A DNA stretch of 64,000 bases from an uncultured delta proteobacterium (GTDB lineage Bacteria > Desulfobacterota > Desulfuromonadia > Geobacterales > DSM-12255): NCBI GenBank assembly GCA_963787125.1, contig CAWBBV010000002.1, forward strand, positions 1 through 64,000, written 5' to 3'. Numbering within the stretch: the first letter of the stretch is position 1; each line of letters opens with the position of its first letter. A program made the translations under genes and the position numbers. Shown here piece by piece: positions 59,080 through 64,000 of this stretch. The notes under the pieces are model-generated. The model ran no database searches and was not told where the DNA came from. It saw nothing but the letters and a program-made list of their open reading frames with translations.

Positions 59080-61596
59080 ATGCTCGACACCGCAACCAAA
59101 CGCCGCATCGATACCGCCCGCGACATCCTGGTCGGTAAAGTGCCCGACCCGAAATCACAAGTGGAACAGATCACCATCGCCCTCATTTACAAGTTCATGG
59201 ACGACATGGACGCCGAAGCCGAAGAGCTGGGGGGGAAGCGTAAATTCTTCACCGGCGACTTTGCCCGCTTCGGCTGGGCCAAGCTGATGAGCCCCGGCAT
59301 CGGCGGCCATGAACTGATCGGTCTCTACGGCGAGGGTATCGCCACCATGCCGCAGAATCCTGGCATCCCCGCCCTGTTTCGCGACATCTTCAAGAACGCC
59401 TATCTCCCCTATCGCGACCCGGAGACCCTGAAGAGCTTTCTCAAGATCATCAACGAATTCGAGTATGACCACTCCGAGCGCCTCGGCGACGCCTTCGAAT
59501 ACCTGCTCTCCGTCCTCGGCTCCCAGGGTGATGCCGGCCAGTTCCGCACCCCGCGCCACATCATCGACTTCATGGTGGAGATCATCGCCCCACAGAAAGG
59601 CGAGGTGATTCTCGACCCTGCCTGTGGCACCGCCGGGTTTCTCATCTCTGCCTACAAGCACATCCTCCGGACTAACAGCGATGCCAAGGGGCACAGCACC
59701 TTGACGCCTGACGAAAAGGGGCGCCTTGCCACCAGTTTCAAGGGGTATGACATCTCGCCGGACATGGTGCGCCTCTCCCTGGTGAACCTCTATCTGCATG
59801 GCTTCACCGAACCGCACATCTACGAATACGACACCCTCACCAGCCAGGATCGCTGGAACGAATACGCCGACGTCATCCTCGCCAATCCGCCCTTCATGTC
59901 GCCGAAAGGGGGGATCAAACCGCATAAGCGCTTCTCTATCCAGGCCAAGCGGAGCGAAGTGCTCTTCGTGGACTACATGGCCGAGCACCTCACCCCCACT
60001 GGCCGCGCCGCCATCATCGTGCCTGAGGGGATTATCTTCCAGAGCCAGTCCTCCTATACCGAGCTGCGCAGGATGCTGGTGGAGAATAGTCTGGTGGCCG
60101 TGGTCTCCCTGCCCGCCGGGGTGTTTCAGCCCTACTCCGGCGTAAAGACCTCCATCCTCATACTCGACAGATTCCTCGCCAGGCAGGCGCAGACTGTCGC
60201 TTTCTTCAAGGTGGAGAACGACGGTTTTGGTCTTGGCGCGCAGCGGCGGGCCTTCGACAAGAACGACCTGCCGCAAGTGCAGATCGAGCTAAACGCTTAC
60301 CTACTGGCTCTGCGCAACTGGCAGCCCGTTGATGAACTGCAACTGAACTGCGGCCTGATCGTGGCGAAAGAGAAGGTTGCGGCGAATGGGGATTATAACC
60401 TGAGTGGGGAGCGGTATCGGGAGGTGAAATCTCAAACTTCGAATTATGCGACAGTTCCAATTGGCGACATTTGCGAACTCTTCAATGGTCGTGCGTTCAA
60501 GCCAGAAAATTGGGAAGACTCAGGTAGCGGAGGAGTTCCGATTGTCCGAATCCAGAACCTTAACAATCCTGATAGTACCTTCAATTACTACACTGGCGAA
60601 GTAAGCGAGAGAAACACGATTAATAACGGGGAACTTCTTTTCTCGTGGTCAGGATCGCGTGGTACTTCTTTTGGCGCGCATATTTGGCGAGGTGCTAAGG
60701 CGGTTCTGAACCAGCACATCTTCAAAGTAGGTTTCGATGATAGCCGGGCAACCAAGATGTATTTGCTTCACGCTCTCAACAAGGCTGTGACCGAGGTTGA
60801 AGAGAATTTGCATGGCGGAGTGGGCCTCGTTCACATTACGAAGGGGAACCTTGAAAAGATTGAAATTCCCCTGCCGCCGCTGGATGTGCAGAAGGAGATC
60901 GTGGCGGAGATCGAGGGCTACCAGAAAGTCATTGACGGCGCCCGCTCCGTCCTCGACAACTACCGCCCTCACATCCCCATTCATTCTGATTGGCCGGTGG
61001 TGGAGTTGAGACAAGTCATTGAGGACAAGCCGAAGAACGGATACTCTGGCAAGCCAGTTGATCGTATCACGGGTTTAAAGGTTCTGTCTCTCAGTGCAAC
61101 AACATCAGGAACGCTTGACCTCACCAAGTTCAAATACCTAGACGAGGATATTGCGCTGAACTCTCCTTGCCGATGCCGAAAAGGAGATATCTATCTGCAA
61201 CGCGGGAATACTGCTGAATTGGTGGGCACAGCTGCTTTGTTCGATGTGGACGAGACAAACTTTATTTACCCCGATCTCATGATTCGGGTACGTGCTAACG
61301 AGTCTAAGCTACTGAGCAGATATCTACTGCATGTTCTTCAGAGTGATACAATCAGAGGTTTTTTGACTCGAAACGCTGTCGGTGCTGCCGGGAGTATGCC
61401 CAAGATCAATCAGGGCATTGTTGAACGTGTTCCAATCCCCCTCCCACCCCTCGCCACCCAGCAACGGATCGTCGCCGAGATTGAAGCCGAGCAGGCGCTT
61501 GTACGGGCTAACCGGGAGTTGATCGCCCGCTTCGAGAAGAAGATTCAAACCACCCTGGCGCGCGTTTGGGGCGAAGAAGAACCTGCCACAAAATGA
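59080..61596 (+). CDS. hsdM: Type I R-M fused methyltransferase-specificity subunit (HsdM-HsdS)
   Basis: GQFRTP, DPACGTAGFL, NPPF, then two target recognition domains each ending IPLPPL..Q..IV. Confidence 0.9.
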   Translation: MLDTATKRRIDTARDILVGKVPDPKSQVEQITIALIYKFMDDMDAEAEELGGKRKFFTGDFARFGWAKLMSPGIGGHELIGLYGEGIATMPQNPGIPALFRDIFKNAYLPYRDPETLKSFLKIINEFEYDHSERLGDAFEYLLSVLGSQGDAGQFRTPRHIIDFMVEIIAPQKGEVILDPACGTAGFLISAYKHILRTNSDAKGHSTLTPDEKGRLATSFKGYDISPDMVRLSLVNLYLHGFTEPHIYEYDTLTSQDRWNEYADVILANPPFMSPKGGIKPHKRFSIQAKRSEVLFVDYMAEHLTPTGRAAIIVPEGIIFQSQSSYTELRRMLVENSLVAVVSLPAGVFQPYSGVKTSILILDRFLARQAQTVAFFKVENDGFGLGAQRRAFDKNDLPQVQIELNAYLLALRNWQPVDELQLNCGLIVAKEKVAANGDYNLSGERYREVKSQTSNYATVPIGDICELFNGRAFKPENWEDSGSGGVPIVRIQNLNNPDSTFNYYTGEVSERNTINNGELLFSWSGSRGTSFGAHIWRGAKAVLNQHIFKVGFDDSRATKMYLLHALNKAVTEVEENLHGGVGLVHITKGNLEKIEIPLPPLDVQKEIVAEIEGYQKVIDGARSVLDNYRPHIPIHSDWPVVELRQVIEDKPKNGYSGKPVDRITGLKVLSLSATTSGTLDLTKFKYLDEDIALNSPCRCRKGDIYLQRGNTAELVGTAALFDVDETNFIYPDLMIRVRANESKLLSRYLLHVLQSDTIRGFLTRNAVGAAGSMPKINQGIVERVPIPLPPLATQQRIVAEIEAEQALVRANRELIARFEKKIQTTLARVWGEEEPATK

Positions 61597-61597
61597 T

Positions 61598-61623
61598 AAG
61601 GGGGACGATCATCGTCCCCCTTT
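61598..61623. terminator. Hairpin/terminator between convergent genes
   Basis: AAGGGGGACGAT-C-ATCGTCCCCCTTT. Confidence 0.7.
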
Positions 61624-61661
61624 AGTTACCGCCCGTTAATTTCACTGAACTTCGCCCCTTT

Positions 61662-61829
61662 CTAGTCCTTCTTGCGCACGCCCTTGAACGGCGTTCCGTC
61701 CTGCTTCACATCCATGAAGAGGTTAGTGTTGTCATTGATCTTTACCCATTGCTCAGTTTTGGGATTAAAGACCTGATGACGGTCTATCACGGCTCCTTGA
61801 CGGAAACCTTCACCGGTGTTCTTGGCCAT
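61662..61829 (-). CDS. 55-aa small basic protein (absent from the ORF track)
   Basis: MAKNTGEGFRQGAVIDRHQVFNPKTEQWVKINDNTNLFMDVKQDGTPFKGVRKKD; RBS AAGGAGGTGA. Confidence 0.82.
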   Translation of the reverse strand: MAKNTGEGFRQGAVIDRHQVFNPKTEQWVKINDNTNLFMDVKQDGTPFKGVRKKD

Positions 61830-61867
61830 TTTTTATCACCTCCTTGTGTAAAAAAAATGTTATCCTC

Positions 61868-61906
61868 AGTTGACAAATATAATTATTATTGTATTGTTTG
61901 TCAACT
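61868..61906. promoter_or_regulatory. Overlapping divergent sigma70 promoters forming an inverted repeat
   Basis: AGTTGACAAA ... TTTGTCAACT; plus TTGACA-16-TATTGT, minus TTGACA-17-TATATT. Confidence 0.7.
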
Positions 61907-61940
61907 TTGATGACTCATAGAAACAAGAAAGGAAAAAACA

Positions 61941-63107
61941 ATGCTGGCACAGAGACTGAAACAGTTACGTCTTGCCCGTGGCTGGTCGCTCGATGAACTT
62001 TCGGATTTTCTCGGCGGACTGGTAACGAAACAGGCGCTGTCTAAATACGAAAAAGGGCTTTCCCAGCCTTCCATGAAAGTGGTGGTAAAGATCGCCGAAA
62101 TCTTCAGCGTCAAGACGGCGCATCTGTTTGCCGAACCGGAGGTTCAGGTGCAGCTGCTGGCCTACCGCAAGTGTGCCACCCTGCCGAAGCGTGATGAAAA
62201 CATGGTCGAGGGGTTGGTGTCGCAGGCACTTGAGGAGCGGATTGCCTTGCAGGAAAAGGTCGGCGAACCATTCCCGCTGAATCTGCCTGCTCAAAAATAC
62301 TCGGTAGCATCTCTGGATGATGCCGAAAAGGCAGCTGAAGAGCTGCGCAAATTCTGGAACATCGGCAGTAGCCCTGTTGCCAGTGTTGTCGGTTTACTGG
62401 AAAGCCAGTTCATCCATGTGTTCAGCATTGCGACGGCGAGCGAGAAATTTGACGGAATTTCTGCTCTGGCTACTAATGACAATGGCAAAGTGATAGCCGC
62501 TGCCGTTGTAACGCGCGAGGGAGTTCCCGGTGAGCGGCAGCGCTTCAGTCTGCTGCATGAGGTCGGGCATCTGGTGCTTGAAGTTAGCGACGGCGTTGAC
62601 GAAGAAAAGGCTGCCCACCGGTTTGCCGGCGCTTTCCTTGCTCCTGCCGAGCTGTTGAGGCTGGAAATAGGCGCCCACCGTACTACGGTGCAGCTAAAAG
62701 AGCTTTTCATGCTAAAACGCAGCTTCGGGGTCAGCGCTCAGGCTCTGGCCTTCCGCCTGCGCGATCTCGGCATAATCAACGATTCAAGCTACAAGTGGCT
62801 TTGCATCCAGTTCAACCATAACCGGATGCGCAAGAACGAACCGGAACCGCTCCCGCAGGAAGAACCACAATGGCTGAGAAGAACAGTACTAAGGGCCTTC
62901 TCCGAAGGATTTATTACTGCTGATGAAGCGAATCGCCTGACCGGAGAATCGTATGATTCAGCACATAAAGAGATCATCGACCGGCGCGCTTTCATGAAGC
63001 TTTCAGCAGTAGAGCGGAGCAAAGTGCTGCAAGATCAGGCGGAACATTTGCAAGAGCACTATGGCAAGATGAAAGGGCTCGGCGGAGGTGACTTTCTTGA
63101 CTACTAA
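61941..63107 (+). CDS. XRE HTH-ImmA/IrrE metallopeptidase fusion with C-terminal extension
   Basis: N-terminal HTH; RQRFSLLHEVGH, EKAAHRFAGAFL. Confidence 0.9.
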   Translation: MLAQRLKQLRLARGWSLDELSDFLGGLVTKQALSKYEKGLSQPSMKVVVKIAEIFSVKTAHLFAEPEVQVQLLAYRKCATLPKRDENMVEGLVSQALEERIALQEKVGEPFPLNLPAQKYSVASLDDAEKAAEELRKFWNIGSSPVASVVGLLESQFIHVFSIATASEKFDGISALATNDNGKVIAAAVVTREGVPGERQRFSLLHEVGHLVLEVSDGVDEEKAAHRFAGAFLAPAELLRLEIGAHRTTVQLKELFMLKRSFGVSAQALAFRLRDLGIINDSSYKWLCIQFNHNRMRKNEPEPLPQEEPQWLRRTVLRAFSEGFITADEANRLTGESYDSAHKEIIDRRAFMKLSAVERSKVLQDQAEHLQEHYGKMKGLGGGDFLDY

Positions 63108-63456
63108 ACCAAGCCCGAAACGTGGTGAAATCTGGCAGATTGACCTTGATCCTACGGTTGGCGTCGAGATACAGAAGGTACGCCCCGTGGTGGTCATAAG
63201 CAGCGATGCAGCCGGAAGACTACCAATCAAGCTGATTGCACCTATAACTGGTTGGGACAACCGCTATAGTGGTAACTTTTGGCACGTAAAGATCAGTCCC
63301 AATGCTGCGAATGGATTATCTAAAGCATCTGCTGTAGATGTACTGCAGTCAAGGGGTGTTGATCTCTCTCGTTTTGTTAAAAGACTCGGCAGACTTGATG
63401 CGGCTCTAATGGAAGAGATAGCTGCTGCGATGGCTGCATTGGTCGAGCATGTTTAG
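63088..63456 (+). CDS. PemK/MazF-family toxin
   Basis: RGEIWQIDLDPTVGVEIQKVRPVVVIS. Confidence 0.92.
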   Translation: MTFLTTKPSPKRGEIWQIDLDPTVGVEIQKVRPVVVISSDAAGRLPIKLIAPITGWDNRYSGNFWHVKISPNAANGLSKASAVDVLQSRGVDLSRFVKRLGRLDAALMEEIAAAMAALVEHV

Positions 63457-63507
63457 CGACAACTAGCGGAGATGTATGCCTGTCATAAAAGACAAAAGCT
63501 CCATGCC

Positions 63508-63555
63508 ATGAACGCGTGGCAGGTTGAAGAGGCTATCAAGGAGTCAAAGGGATGA
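63508..63555 (+). pseudogene. Possible hicA 3' remnant
   Basis: ...QVEEAIKESKG* overlaps the hicB start (ATGA); no full hicA ORF. Confidence 0.35.
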
Positions 63556-63893
63556 AACCTACCGATCGTTATCTCAAAATAGTCGAATGGTCTGAAGAAG
63601 ATAGCTGCTACATTGGAACCTGCCCCGGAGTTATTTACGGCGGGGTGCATGGAGATGATGAGGCGAAGGTTTATGTAGCACTTTGCAGTGCGGTTGCCGA
63701 GGCGGTAGAGTTGTACAGTGCCGACAACAGGCCGCTGCCGCCGGAGACAGCTAACAAGCAGTTTTCAGGTCGCTTTATTCTGCGGATAGGAAAAGATCTG
63801 CATCGCCAGATTGCCATAAAAGCACTCCGCTCCGGCGAGAGCCTGAACAACTACTGCCAGAAGATTCTCCAGCAAGCGGTTACGGTGAAATGA
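63552..63893 (+). CDS. hicB: HicB-family antitoxin
   Basis: WSEEDSCYIGTCP...HG and FSGRFILRI...LH...SLN. Confidence 0.85.
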   Translation: MKPTDRYLKIVEWSEEDSCYIGTCPGVIYGGVHGDDEAKVYVALCSAVAEAVELYSADNRPLPPETANKQFSGRFILRIGKDLHRQIAIKALRSGESLNNYCQKILQQAVTVK

Positions 63894-64000
63894 TTTGGAG
63901 TTATCAGCCACGAAGATCTGCTGAAAAGGTTTGCCGCTGAGGATGAAGCGTTACCTGGAGGGTGTTTTAGTTACTGACTGCTAAACTGCTGGCTTTTGGC

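Noticed and set aside
56650..60276. Long antisense ORFs (387, 236, 373 aa) opposite hsdR/hsdM, and similar shadows elsewhere
   Set aside because: Expected on the reverse strand of GC-rich genes; no motifs

Overview
Bacterial window whose gene content (HgtR-like regulator, HdrABC-Flx cluster, surface proteins with Geobacter-type repeats) points to a Geobacteraceae/Desulfuromonadia genome; this is an inference. Layout: (1) 1-7.9 kb, two inverted, near-identical IS110 elements with long 3' non-coding regions bracketing a broken dacB, an orphan RHS toxin tip with a putative immunity gene, an IS1380-like element and a truncated alpha/beta hydrolase. (2) 8.2-18.2 kb, a sigma54 two-component pair, a secreted tail-fibre-tip-like protein, a 1323-aa M4 metalloprotease with a CxxCH motif whose FTP/PepSY-like propeptide appears to be a separate gene, and a type IIG R-M stub, all between two copies of a ~77-bp element with a covarying hairpin. 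(3) 18-37 kb, a chemoreceptor and a lactate/glycolate utilisation locus (lctP, glcD, glcF, lutC, ldhH, hgtR-like, hprA-like) directly upstream of hdrCBA-mvhD-flx genes, with long strand-oriented hairpin repeats at many gene junctions. (4) 37.6-46.6 kb, a CHASE2 cyclase and an IS256-family unit whose inverted repeats enclose a nested IS1380, a (CAGA)17 tract and a hybrid histidine kinase. (5) 46.6-55 kb, an arsenic resistance/thiol-redox cluster. (6) 55-64 kb, a defence region with two PemK/MazF modules, a type I R-M system with fused HsdM-HsdS, an HTH-ImmA/IrrE fusion with an antitoxin-like tail, a divergent 55-aa gene missed by the ORF track, and hicB. Four single-base frameshifts (dacB, two in hdrA, IS256) may be sequencing errors. 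No rRNA, tRNA or CRISPR array was seen.
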